NCBI GenBank assembly: GCA_032718475.1
Contig: JAUCBJ010008390.1
Span: forward strand, 1-51,349
Source of the DNA: Nemertoderma westbladi
Lineage: Eukaryota > Animalia > Xenacoelomorpha
Direction of reading: 5' to 3'
DNA length: 51,349 nt
A model generated the notes under the pieces. That model did no database searches, was not told the DNA's origin, and saw only the letters and a program-made list of their open reading frames with translations. Positions within the stretch are counted from its first letter, which is position 1, and each line of letters begins with the position of its first letter. The position numbers were made by a program, and so were the translations under genes. Below, piece after piece: positions 35,865 through 48,200 of the stretch.

Positions 35865-37065
35865 TGTTCGCGCTTTCAGACCTTTGGCAGTTTAACCCGC
35901 CAAATTAGGATGTCTTCTAGATAATAATTCGCTTTTAGCCTATGACAAGTATTTGATTCACTACACTAGTCGAAACCAATCTGTGCGCGATCATTCACCC
36001 GCTGGATATACCCGGGAGATTGGGTTCGACGGCTTAATCGTATTGCTATGTAAGCCTAATGTATTATTCGACTGACAGTATTATATAATCTCTGACAATA
36101 TTATTCACCTTCGGGAAATATTAACAGTTCCTTTAGGACGTGGCGCTCTACCTATATAAACAGAGTTATGACTTAAACTACTCACAACGATATGGCTTAG
36201 TTATAATTCACATATATGGCGCATTCTTTAGGAAATGCTTCGTTATCAGTCTCACTCATACACAATGCTGCACAATACTGCACACTGATCTGCCGATCTT
36301 CACTGATTTTAGTCACATATGAAAGGAACACGGACCGAATCATGTAGGGTCTATCAAATAACATTAGATTCACTTCAAACCACTTTAACATAAGTCACAA
36401 TCGTTATATGTAACCTTTCTCTCTTACCTTTGGTATATCAAGAATATTGGGTTTTCGGGGTTATTTATCGTTATTCCAAATATAATAATTCATCAACCAT
36501 ATTATGAAGAACCGACAGTAAATAGCAGTATAACAGTTTAAAGTATGCACAGTGTTACACAGTATGCAGTGTCAGTAAGTAAGGTTTGAGATAACGGATA
36601 TATGTCCTTATAATTAAGCCTACTAGTGTTAGGCTAAAACAGAAAAGCACAAAATATTCCCAAGCCGCTCTCTCCTGGCCCAGGACAGAATGTAAACACT
36701 GCACCTAAAGCATTGCCTGATTTCTAGGAAATTTCTCTACAAGAGCCATAAAAATGCTCTGATTGGCTGACTGAACTGAGAGATGCCGTAGAACAAAGAA
36801 AATCAACACATATGAATATCAGCTGTTAACCGTCGTCATAGTAACTACTGTTCAAGAGTAGCTATCACCTTTTGCGTCACGGAATTGCCATAGAATCATC
36901 AACTATGCCTTTCACAGTACACATACAGAGGAAATAGCTCTTAGATCCTCTAAAAAACACCGATACAGCAATAATACGGTCTCTTACACCTATTAAATCA
37001 ACTACAGAGTATTTTAATGTAAAAGATAATAAAAATAACGGGGCAATTCAGCAAAGGCTTTTACA
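35865..37065 (-). repeat. 5' LTR of the BEL element
   Basis: Direct repeat of 21181-22381, upstream of gag on the minus strand. Confidence 0.97.
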
Positions 37066-38175
37066 GCTGCCCAGCCCATGCTTTTCCCTTACGTATTCGA
37101 AGGTCCTCACCTGACTTCCGGATCCATGATCCCAGGTAACAGAAGTCGTCCACATGCTCAAGCATACCATCCTTTGAGCTTATGCTCATCCGATCAGAGA
37201 CTTGCTGAGAACTTTCAAAGTTAACTGTCAAAATTTTGGTCTTTCTGGAGTTAATAACAAGACCAACACTAGAAGCAGCATGTTCTAATGAGCTGAGGAG
37301 CCGTTGGGCTCCCTCTAGTGATTCTGAGAGTACTCCTAAGTCATCAGCAAAGTCTAGATCAGTTAGGTACATGGCAGGATTTCCTCGACTTCTGGAGCCA
37401 GTAGGTGGAGTTATCATCACCCCATCATCATTATGATGATCTAAGGACATGCGTAGAACATAGTCAACCACAATTATGAACAATAATGGTGCAAGTGTGT
37501 CTCCCTTTAGGACGCCCCATAATACAGAACCATTTGAAGTATTATATAACACTTCAAATGGTTCTGTGTCACCATCAACAGTAGACACAAATGTTGTCGA
37601 ACCATCGTATACTGATCTGATTGCTGCAATAATTTCATCAGGAATCCCATATAATGAAAGTATGCTGAACATACGTGAACGGGAGACTGACACTGAATCA
37701 AAGGCCTTGAAGAAGTCAACAAAGATAACAGCCAGATGCCTGTCTTTCTTTTTTGATAACTCTTCAATTATCCTTATAAGTATCAAAATGGGCTCCATGG
37801 TCCCACGACCTTTACGGAACAAATTCTGATTTCTACGGAGCAGTCTCTCAATGGGATCCCTGATTGATTTAATAGAATTCTATTGTATAGCTTTGCAGCA
37901 ATCGCGATCAATGAGATTAAAAGAACCATAGAGTGTTGGGTTGCCCTTCTTGGGAACTGGCACCAACTTATTTGTTTTCATTTCTTGTGGGACTCTTGTT
38001 GTTCGGTACATGTCTACTATGATGGGATAGATGAGCTTTAAACACTCAGGTATTTTAAAGACCTCAGGGGGAACACCATCTACTCCACTGGCACGATTGG
38101 TCTTAATGCTCTTTGCAGCAGCCTTCACTTCTGCAAAGGAGATATCGCCAATGGGAATATCTGGGAGTACGAGTA
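37066..38175 (-). mobile_element. RTE LINE copy 2, 5' part (RT pseudogene)
   Basis: ASGVDGVPPEVFK, LVPVPKKG, FVDFFKAFDSV, DLDFADD and FCYLGS. Continues into 21180 across the GCTGC TSD. Confidence 0.92.
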
Positions 38176-38588
38176 CGAGTTACAGATACAGCCCCCCACC
38201 CACCTCCACCGTTGGGGGTGGGGGGGGGGGGGTGTGGGTTGTGCACTGTGCAGTACAGTATACATGATACAACCTAACAATACAATACATTCCGATCCGA
38301 CGTTAGTACAGTAAGTTAACGACGATAGGCAGATGTTTTACCATAACTACTGTATCATAAAATTCAATAGAATTATTAGGACCGGGGCATTAAGGAAAGC
38401 ATTTGGCCTGTTCGCGTAGTTGCAGGCCAATAATATTGATTCTATAATTTTAATGTTTTTATTAATATAATAAGAGCTATTTTATTAATATTCCCGAAAG
38501 GGTCGACGATATCCTCTGAGTTATCGACATTAGAAAAATAAAAAAATGGTCCCCTAATGCCCCCCACTTAGCAGGCCATCCAGGAACT

Positions 38589-39211
38589 GTGGGGCGAGAC
38601 ACGTAGTCGGCGAGCCTTGGCATACGGTTCATATAGGGCAAATGGGGCATGTCCGTCTGTCTGTCTGTCCGTCCGTCTGTCTGTCTGGTAAATGTTTGAA
38701 CGCGAATTTCTCTGCATCGCTGGTTCGGAATTGAACCAAACTTAGTAGGTAAGTAGTAGAGAGAAAGTTTAGAAAGTTTGTAAAGTTTGGTGAAAAATCA
38801 TGCAGTCTGACGTCAGCTACGACAGATTATGTAGTTTTTAGAAAATGTTAAATTTCTCGGGAAGGCCTCATTTTCCTGAGCTGAAATTTTGGTGGCCTGT
38901 AGAGAATCATGAAGTCTATCTTTTACGAAATTGAAAAGTTAAGACATTTAATTGGGGATCCGCTAGAGACTCAGAAGTAATGACATAGGCCTACCGGTAC
39001 GGTACTGCTGTACAGTGCTGCACTGGTAAGTACGAAATTGCAGAATAACAATTTGACACCACCTAGCGGATTAACATATGATTGTATATCGAATGAATAC
39101 ATTTATAGCATGGGATATTGGGTCCAAACTAGACATGCCCCATTTGCTCTATATGAACCGTATGCCAAGGCTTGCCGACTACGTGCTGCGCGAAGTCCCC
39201 ACGAACGTGTC
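38589..39211 (+). mobile_element. DINE-1/HINE-like element, copy 2
   Basis: Homologous to 399-1435, with an internal ~53-bp inverted repeat (38601-38653 / 39132-39185), a (GTCT/GTCC)n tract and a GTGGGG/CCCCAC subterminal IR. Confidence 0.6.
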
Positions 39212-39347
39212 TATTACTGTTTAATGTGTATTAAATAAGGGACGATGCCAATTTATGATTGGTAACGAACCTTCCAGGGGCATTAAGGACCATGACTGAG
39301 ATGTCCTATGTCCCACCATGATAATCTCGATAACTTATCAACTGATA

Positions 39348-39580
39348 ACGTAGTACCGGTTAGTAAGAGTTAGTGGAGTTGGAAGTTAGTAAGAGGGTAC
39401 GTAGTACCGGTTAGTAAGAGTTAGTGGAGTTGGAAGTTAGTAAGAGGGTACGTAGTACCGGTTAGTAAGAGTTAGTGGAGTTGGAAGTTAGTGAGAGGGT
39501 ACGTAGTACCGGTTAGTAAGAGTAGTAGTTAGTTGTAGAACTAGTTAGTAAGAGGGTACGTAGAGTACCGTTAGTAGCAA
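39348..39580. repeat. 51-bp tandem repeat, about 4 copies
   Basis: ACGTAGTACCGGTTAGTAAGAG... starts at 39348, 39399, 39450 and 39501. Confidence 0.9.
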
Positions 39581-39981
39581 GAATTAGTGGTAGGTTGATA
39601 TGTATAAGATATAGTATATAGTAAGAGACTAGAGAGCACAATATACCATAGAAGTAGTAGCCAGAAAGATAGATAGGGCAATAGCACAAAACAAAATAAA
39701 AATCAAGAATATTAGGATCACCTCCGAACTACAGAAAAGCCTTCAAGATGGCCTTCGAGGGTCTGGTAGATGATGGTCATGGTCGGTGATCATGGTCATG
39801 GTCGGTGATTATCATTTTCTTGTTGTATAAGTTAATCATAATTAATGATGAGTAACAATTCGCAACATCCCTGGCGTAAAGTAAGTAAGTACAAACAAAC
39901 CATGATTTGTGTAATTACTGCATATAATTTTTACAAAATGGCATATCGGATTATCGGGATGCCGCATTAAGATAGCTTTTT

Positions 39982-40757
39982 GTATCTCCCGCTCAGCTAT
40001 GGCCACCCCACAGTGTAGGCCTACGCCATATGCATCTACAGTATCTCCCGCTCAGCTATGGCCACCCCACAGTAGGCCTACGCCATATGCATCTATCTCC
40101 CGCTCAGCTATGGCCACCCCACACCCACAGTGTAGGCCTACGCCATATGCATTTATCTCCCGCTCAGCTATGGCCACCCCACAGTGTAGGCCTACGCCAT
40201 ATGCATATATCTCCCGCTCAGCTATGGCCACCCCACAGTGTAGGCCTACGCCATATGCATCTATTTCCCACTCAGCTATGGCCATCCCACAGTGTAGGCC
40301 TACGCCATATGCATCTATCTCCCGCTCAGCTATGACCACCCCATAGTGTAGGCCTACGCCATATGCATCTATCTCCCGCTCAGCTATGGCCTCCCCACAG
40401 TGTAGGCCTACGCCATATTCATCTATCTCCCGCTCAGGTATGGCCTGGCCACCCCACAGTGTAGGCCTACGCCATATGCATCTACAGTATCTCCCGCTCA
40501 GCTATGGCTACCCCACAGTAGGCCTACGCCATATGCATCTATCTCCCGCTCAGCTATGGCCACCCCATAGTAGGCCTACGCCATATGCATCTACAGTATC
40601 TCCCGCTCAGCTATGGCCACCCCACAGTAGGCCTACGCCATATGCATCTATCTCCCGCTCAGCTATGGCCACCCCATAGTAGGCCTACGCCATATGCATC
40701 TATCTCCCGCTCAGCTATGGCCACCCCATAGTAGGCCTATGCCATATGCATCTACTG
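39982..40757. repeat. 52-59-bp minisatellite, about 14 copies
   Basis: Unit TATCTCCCGCTCAGCTATGGCCACCCCACAG(TG)TAGGCCTACGCCATATGCATC. Confidence 0.95.
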
Positions 40758-40836
40758 TATAATTATTATTAAATATATTGATACAATAGTTGTTCCGACA
40801 GTAACTTACGGCTGCTCAACCTTCGCTGACTTCGAG

Positions 40837-41119
40837 GTTCCACCTTGGTGTAGTGGTTGCATTGAATTCACATCTCCCGTATGTCGTTGTTCGATCCTCA
40901 CATGGCCAGGGCAGTTTTCGTTTCGGCACGAATGCTTTAAAGGGACCAGCCAGGGCGCATCTCTGCCTTGCATACTTAAGTGGTAGCTAAATGAGTTGAG
41001 CACCGGAGTTTCCTCTGGGGAGTAAAGTTCTGGGGGGACCGCACTGGAAATAAGTCGTCAGACTTTGTGCGAAATCCCTGGCCTAGTGGCCGAAGAAAAT
41101 TTACTTTTTACTTTACTTT
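40837..41119 (+). mobile_element. tRNA-derived SINE (Nin-domain-like core), copy 1
   Basis: A box TGGTGTAGTGG, B box GTTCGATCC, central CTCTGCCTTGCAT.CTT...GGTAGCTAAATGAGT resembling the Nin domain (from memory), (TTTAC)n tail. Inverted copy at 43618-43901. Confidence 0.85.
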
Positions 41120-41896
41120 GACCTTACTATAGAGACCAGTTAACGGCATTACCCCATGTCATAAAGACCCGGGGTTCTATTTTAAAATTTGGTGCTGGAT
41201 TAGCAAGTTTGCCTCAGCGACTCAGATCCTTAATGTTGTGGACCATCCAGAACTTTCCACTATTAATCTCTCCTATTTATCAAAAAGGAGGCGACGAGTT
41301 GGCGCACAATTTTGTCCAATGATTTCCACCATAACCTGAGTTCAGTTAGCTCTTGTTGGAGGCCTTCTGACACCTGCCACTGTCGGTTTTGTGGCGCGCC
41401 TGCCACAGATATTCTACCATTCTACGCTCGTTACAATGCAGCCTTCTACCGGACGATCTATCCCCTAAACTTGCACTCCTTACAAGACTCGTCACTTAAT
41501 TTATCTTAATTAATTCTTACTTTAATCATTTTGCGATCTTTCTTCGACTTATTTATTTTATTGGTTTTATATATTGGTTTTACATATTTATTTATTTTAT
41601 ACTACCCGTTGGGTAAATAAGGATAACAATTTCATTATTAAATATTCATAATACACAAATTTAATATTATAAAATTATATTGCATCGTATGTATCGCAAA
41701 TGAGTCGCATGTAACGCATCACGAGTCACATGTGTTTTAAATGTGATTAATCGCACACTTCTGCAAGCGATATTTATGCGTTTTATCGCAAATATTTCAG
41801 ATCCGACAAAGGGTGGGGGGGGGGGGGGGGGTTCAAAACGCCTCACTATCTCTTGTAAATCGAAATTGATATATCTATTGCGATTTTTAAGCGAAT

Positions 41897-42170
41897 TTTT
41901 CACTGGGTATACAGTGGCCCCCTATGTAGGCCTACGGAATGTTTCACTGGGTATACAGTGGCCCCCTATGTAGGCCTACGGTATGTTTCACTGGGTATAC
42001 AGTGGCCCCCTATGTAGGCCTACGGTATGTTTCACTGGGTATACAGTGGCCCCCTATGTAGGCCTACGGTATGTTTCACTGGGTATACAGTGGCCCCCTA
42101 TGTAGGCCTACGGTATGTTTCACTGGGTATACAGTGGCCCCCTATGTAGGCGTACGGTATGTTTCACTCG
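41897..42170. repeat. 44-bp minisatellite, about 6 copies, just upstream of the CA-like gene
   Basis: Unit TTTCACTGGGTATACAGTGGCCCCCTATGTAGGCCTACGGTATG. Confidence 0.95.
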
Positions 42171-42251
42171 GCACAGGTACTGTAAGTTACCGGATAAATT
42201 GTTACGTATTGTATAGCCCTACATCACAGCAGCTTGTAAATATAATTTATA

Positions 42252-45200
42252 ATGTACGATTTACTTGGTGTCATTGCTTTTGTCTCAACCGTTTGTTACG
42301 GTAACCCAATTGGTGACGTCGTACTATACGGGGAGGGACGCCTCCAATCACCGATCGATATAGTAGATGCGGACACGGTTTCGGACTGCGGACTTCGACC
42401 ATTTGTGTTGCCGACAATCGTTCCATCTGATGAAACCTTCATAATAAACGACGGAAACGTATTACGGGTAAAGTTTATTTTTTTCCGGTTACGAGTTATT
42501 TTTGAGGTTATTTACCTAAGGACTTGTTAATAACCCCGCTGTGAAGCTGTGGGTTTATAAAGTAAATGGAATGAGGGTAGATTACCAGAAAGTACATTAT
42601 GATTATGAATTATTAAAGCACAGTATGTATTTTTTCTAAATATTTTTCAATTTTATTTGTTTATTTGATTTTCACGAATAAACGGACATAGGGGCTCATA
42701 AAAAAACCTTTGCAGATAATGTTTTTAATGTTTGGATATCATGCCTAACATCCTAAAGTATCTGAAATGGGAAATTGGAATCAAATTCCGTTATGTGTGG
42801 GCTCATACTTGCAAGTTGAAATTGACTGAACATTTTTTTACATTTTTCAAAATCGCTGTGCGAATTTTGCCTACAATTAAGGCGAAAATACAGTCATTAC
42901 AAATAACATAAATCTTAGTCTGCTTATTTGCCTGTGTGAGTGATGGTTCAACCTCGGTTGCAGTTCAAGAAATAAAATAATTTTGGTTTCCTAGAGAACA
43001 ATCAACTTCGTTTGAAAAAATAACAAAACGCTATTGCGAATTTCGTAATTCCGTAACGAAAACATGACATTTTTTAAAATAGCTTTTAAACTACTCAACA
43101 TGTGACATTCAAAATTTAATTTCTCTTCCTCTAACCGCTGGGCAATACGCAATTATTTTCCTTTTGTGGCAATGTGATATATAAGTCGAGATATTTGCGT
43201 TACGGAATTACAATTTCACGTTACGGAATTACGTTACGGAATTACAGTTTTCCAACAATGCGTGACGATTGTCGGTGTAGACTGCAGAGTGGTACACTGC
43301 GAGACGTTAGAATTGGTGTACAGTGGTACAATGCGATTCGTTAATGTTGGTGTAGACTGGTACACTTCGAGACGTTAGTGTTTGTGTAGACTAGTACACT
43401 GGGAGACGTCAGTGTTGGTGTAGACTGGTACACTGCGATAGATTAATGTTGGTGTAGACTGGTACACTGAGAGACGTTAGTGTTGTGTAGACTGGCACAC
43501 TGCGAGACGTCAGTGTTGGTGTAGACTGGTACACTGCGAGACGTTAGTGTTGGTGTAGACTGGTACAATGCGATACGTTAATTTTGGTGTTGACTTGCAC
43601 AAAAGACTTTAGTGTTTAAGTAAGTAAAGTAAAGTAAATTTTCTTCGGCCGCTAGACCAGGGATTACGCACAAAGTCTGATTGATGACTTATTTCCAGTG
43701 CGGTCCCCCAGAACTTTACTCCCCAGAGGAAACTCCAGTACTCATTTAGCTACCACTTAAGGATGCAAGGCAGAGATGCGCCCTGGCTGGTCCCTTTAAA
43801 GCATTCGTGCCGAAACGAAAACTGCCCTGGCCCATGTGAGGATCGAACCCACGACCTACGGGAGATGTGAATTCAATGCGACCACTACACCAAGGTGGAA
43901 CTTTATTGGTTTAGACTTGTACATTGGGAGACGTTAGTGTTGGTGTAGACAGATACACGGCGATACATTAATGTTGGTGTAGACTGGAACATTGAGAAAC
44001 GTTAGTGTTGTTGTGGACTGGTACACAGCGAGACGGTAGGGGTGTAGACTGGTACACTGATAGACGTTAGTGTCGTTACCTCTAACGTTGGCATTCAGAG
44101 CATTGTATTAAATTACCATTTTTATAGAACATGTGTGTGGAATATATTGTCGTAATTCAATGAAACGACCGATATTGCACCAGTTCCACCGCGCAGTTAT
44201 TCTTCAACGTTATAGTGATTTGTTGGTGCTGTGCTGATGTAAAGCTGGCTGTGCAAGGATTCCAAGGATGTAAAAACATTTGAATTTGGTTTGGAAATAG
44301 CTGCAGTGTAACTGGTGCAATATCGCCGGCGACTCTTTTTTTAACGCTTGTAACTATAGATTGAAAGCAAAAATAAAAATTCCGGCTCTCCCACTAAGTG
44401 GTCAGGAAAGTTTCAAATTTCTATCAATCTCATTAAGACTTGTAGAAAAATTGGCGGGGGGTCGTGCCATTGAATTATGGCACTATATTCCGGGCCATGG
44501 TGTTGTATGTATATCACGATGACAATTATCCCAGTTCAATAACTTCGCAAATTCGCACGAAATTCCGTAACGATCTGGTTTGTAATTCCATAACGACACC
44601 AATAAAGCTGTAACACAAAATTGATTGCTAAATCTGCTTAATCTTTACCATGGCGGGCATTTTGAACATCTCTACTTATGTATGACACCGAGTAACACCT
44701 TATCTGGGAAAAGTCGTGCGAAATGTAATTCCGTAATGATGAAATTCATGAAGGTCGAAAGTTCTATGTGTTTTAAATACTGTAGGTAGATGCCTGATTT
44801 TGTATATAATGTTCTAGAACAAATAAACGACTGCTACCATATTTCATATTTTAGAAATATTTATATTCATACGCAACAACTATTATTTAGGAGTAAAATC
44901 AAAAATGTGTCAAAAATGTTACTGTAGCTATCACTAAGTAAAACCTTTAGCTAACACAAAATGTTTTAGCTAACATTTAGTTCTAGAAGGCTACAATTAT
45001 GTCTCATCAATTCACCATATTGCAGCGAATAAATTGTGGCGTGTCAAGTAGAAACGAACGGAGCCCCTAAAGGGACGAGTGAACCAAAAAATTATTACGA
45101 CATTACATTACGACGATTAGCACGACATACTAAGTCGTTCGAACTTCGAACGACATACTAAGTCGGGCGAACGACATACTAAGTAGTGCGATGTGCGAAC

Positions 45201-48200
45201 GATATACTAAGTCGTTCGAACTTCGAACGACATACTAAGTCGGGCGAACGACATACTAAGTAGTGCGATGTGCGAACGATATACTAAGTCGTGCGAACGA
45301 CATACTAAGTCGTGCGAACGACATACTAGACCGTGCGAACAACATACTAAGTCGTTCGAACGACTTAACTAACTCATGCGAACGACATACTAAGTCGTGC
45401 GAACGACTTACTAAGTCGTGCGAACGACATACTAAGTCGTGCGAACGACATACTAAGTCGTGCGAACGACATACTAAGTCGTGCGAACGACTTACTAAGT
45501 CGTGCGAACGACATACTAGGCCGTGCGAACAACATACTAAGTCGTGCGAACGACTTAACTAACTCATGCGAACGACATACTAAGTCGTGCGAACGACATA
45601 CTAAGTCGTGCGAACTACATACTAAGTCGTGCGAACGACATACTAAGTCGTGCGAACGACATACTAAGTCGTGCGAACGACATACTAAGTCGTGCGAACG
45701 ACTTACTAAGTCGTGCGAACGACATACTAGGCCGTGCGAACAACATACTAAGTCGTGCGAACGACTTAACTAACTCATGCGAACGACATACTAAGTCGTG
45801 CGAACGACATACTAAGTCGTGCGAACGACATACTAAGTCGTGCGAACGACATACTAAGTCGTGCAAACGACATACTAAGTCGTGCGAACGACATACTAAG
45901 TCGTGCGAACGACTTACTAAGTCGTGCGAACGACATACTAGGCCGTGCGAACAACATACTAAGTCGTGCGAACGACTTAACTAACTCGTGCGAACGACAT
46001 ACTAAGTCGTGCGAACGACATACTAAGTCGTGCGAACGACATACTAAGTCGTGCGAACGACATACTAAGTCGTGCGAACGACATACTAAGTCGTGCGAAC
46101 GACTTACTAAGTCGTGCGAACGACATACTAGGCCGTGCGAACAACATACTAAGTCGTGCGAACGACTTAACTAACTCATTAGAACGACATACTAAGTCGT
46201 GCGAACGACATACTAAGTCGTGCGAACGACATACTAAGTCGTGCGAACGACATACTAAGTCGTGCGAACGACATACTAAGTCGTGCGAGCGACATACTAA
46301 GTCGTGCTAACGACATACTAGGCCGTGCGAACAACATACTAAGTCGTGCGAACGACTTAACTAACTCATGCGAACGACATACTAAGTCGTGCGAACGACA
46401 TAGTAACTCATGCGAACGACATACTAAGTCGTGCGAACGACATACTAAGTCGTGCGAACGACATACTAAGTCGTGCGAACAACATACTAAGTCGTGCGAA
46501 CGACATACTAAGTCGTGCGAACGACATACTAAGTCGTGCGAACGACATACTACAGTAAGTCGTGCGAGCGACATACTAAGTCGTGCGAACGACTTACTAA
46601 GTCGTGCGAGCTGCGAGCGACATACTAAGTCGTGCGAACGACATTATAAGTTGTTTAACTTAGGCCAAACATACGGACAGATTTCATCTGCTTTAAAACT
46701 AAATAATGAAGTTATCCTAAGCGTCCGACAAATTGAAAGAATATTGAGTGGACTGAATTTGGGCAGGAGAAATGTTTACACTAATACAGAAGAAGTTATT
46801 AATTTCATTTCCAATGAAATTAAAGGATCAGGGCACCTGCATGGGTATCGCATGATACACACCAAGTACTTATTAGCTGGTCTGCGAGTGCGAAAGGAAG
46901 ATGTGCGTCACATTCTCCGCATGCTCGATCCTGAAGTATCGCAATGGCGCGCTACGAAACGTTTGCGTCGCGACTTAGTATGTCGTTCGCACGAGTAGGT
47001 TAAGTCGTACGCTCGACTTAGTATGTCGTTCGCACGACTTAGTATGTCGTTCGCACGAGTTAGTTAAGTCGTTCGCTCGACTTAGTATGTCGTTCGCACG
47101 ACTTAGTATGTCGTTCGAAAGACTTACTAAGTCGTTCGCACGTGTTAGCGAAATTTTTTTTTTCTCATGTCCCTTCAGGGGCTCCGTAGAAACGTATAGT
47201 ATAAAAAAAGGCGTTCTGAGATAAACGCATTTCAAGTTTTAGGATATGTTTATTTTTCCTTGCAAACCCTATGCCTATGGTCTAGAATGACAGTTTCTGA
47301 CTCAAAACTTTACAAGGTATCCGAAAATTTTGATTTAAACCACGTAGAAGCAATCCTTTGTTCCCAAATATATGATGACAGACAGACTGGCAAAATGACG
47401 GACAGGCGGACAGACAGTCTAGATTACGTGAAATTTGAAAACTGACATCAGAAATGAAATCACAAACCCGGAAAACCTCTCTAGCCATAATTTTAGTTAG
47501 TTAGCATGCTTTTTTAATGTTTGACAGACAGTCTGACAAAAAGATGGACAGACAGACAAACAGCCTATTTCGTAAAATGTGCAACCTAACATCGCAAAAG
47601 AGATCACGAACCTGTAAAATACCCGTAGCGAGAATTTTAACTAGTTTGTTTGCTTTCTTAATGTTTGACAGACAAACAGACTGACAGACAGAAATATGAA
47701 TGGATATCTGGTGTGGTCTGAATTCGTTTTGAAGAAATTATGAGCGATCGATAACCCTTAAAGTGATAAGTTCATAAGTTCTTAAAGTGAAAAAGATAAG
47801 ATCACTTTCCTTAAAGGAAAGTGATACTGTAGAAGATAAGTGTTATATACCACTAGAAAGCCCGCTTATAATCTCGATAATTCCATTATTATAATTTCTA
47901 AATTTTGATTTTGTAAAATCTGCCTCCAGTCACGTGTGGCGGCTACATGGCTGCCTCCCGTGACGCGTGGCGGCTACATGGCTGCCTCCAGTCACGCGTG
48001 GCGGCTACATGGCTGCCTCCAGTCACGCGTGGCGGCTACATGGCTGCCTCACGTCACGCGTGGCGGCTACATGGCTGCTTCCAGTCGCCCGTGGCGGCTA
48101 CATGGCTGCCTCCCGTCACGCGTGGCGGCTACATGGCTGCCTCCAGTCACGCGTGGCGGCTACATGACTGCCTCCAGTCACGCGTGGCGGCTACATGGCT

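Larger units (their letters stand above)
21181..37065 (-). mobile_element. Full-length BEL/Pao LTR retrotransposon, 15,885 bp, recent insertion
   Basis: Two 1201-bp LTRs (TGT...ACA) with about 6 substitutions found by eye, 5-bp TSD GCTGC (21176-21180, 37066-37070), Gag with three Zn knuckles, PR-RT-RH-IN order and Pao-type motifs. Confidence 0.97.
45057..47188 (+). mobile_element. Non-autonomous IS3EU-like DNA transposon with subterminal 21-bp arrays
   Basis: TIR (A)ACGGAGCCCCTAAAGGGAC / GTCCCTTCAGGGGCTCCGTA, 6-bp TSD GAAACG (45051-45056, 47189-47194), internal transposase fragment. Confidence 0.8.

Noticed and set aside
42468-42530. Tail of tracked ORF 42252..42530 as coding sequence
   Set aside because: It is read-through into intron 1 past the CGG/GTAAAG donor.
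42600-45000. Possible further DNA transposon with GTTACGGAATTAC inverted motifs
   Set aside because: The motifs are visible, but I could not define termini, a TSD or a coding remnant.
45120-46643. CRISPR-like array
   Set aside because: Head-to-tail 21-mers with no unique spacers, no cas genes and a eukaryotic context. The same applies to the other minisatellites.
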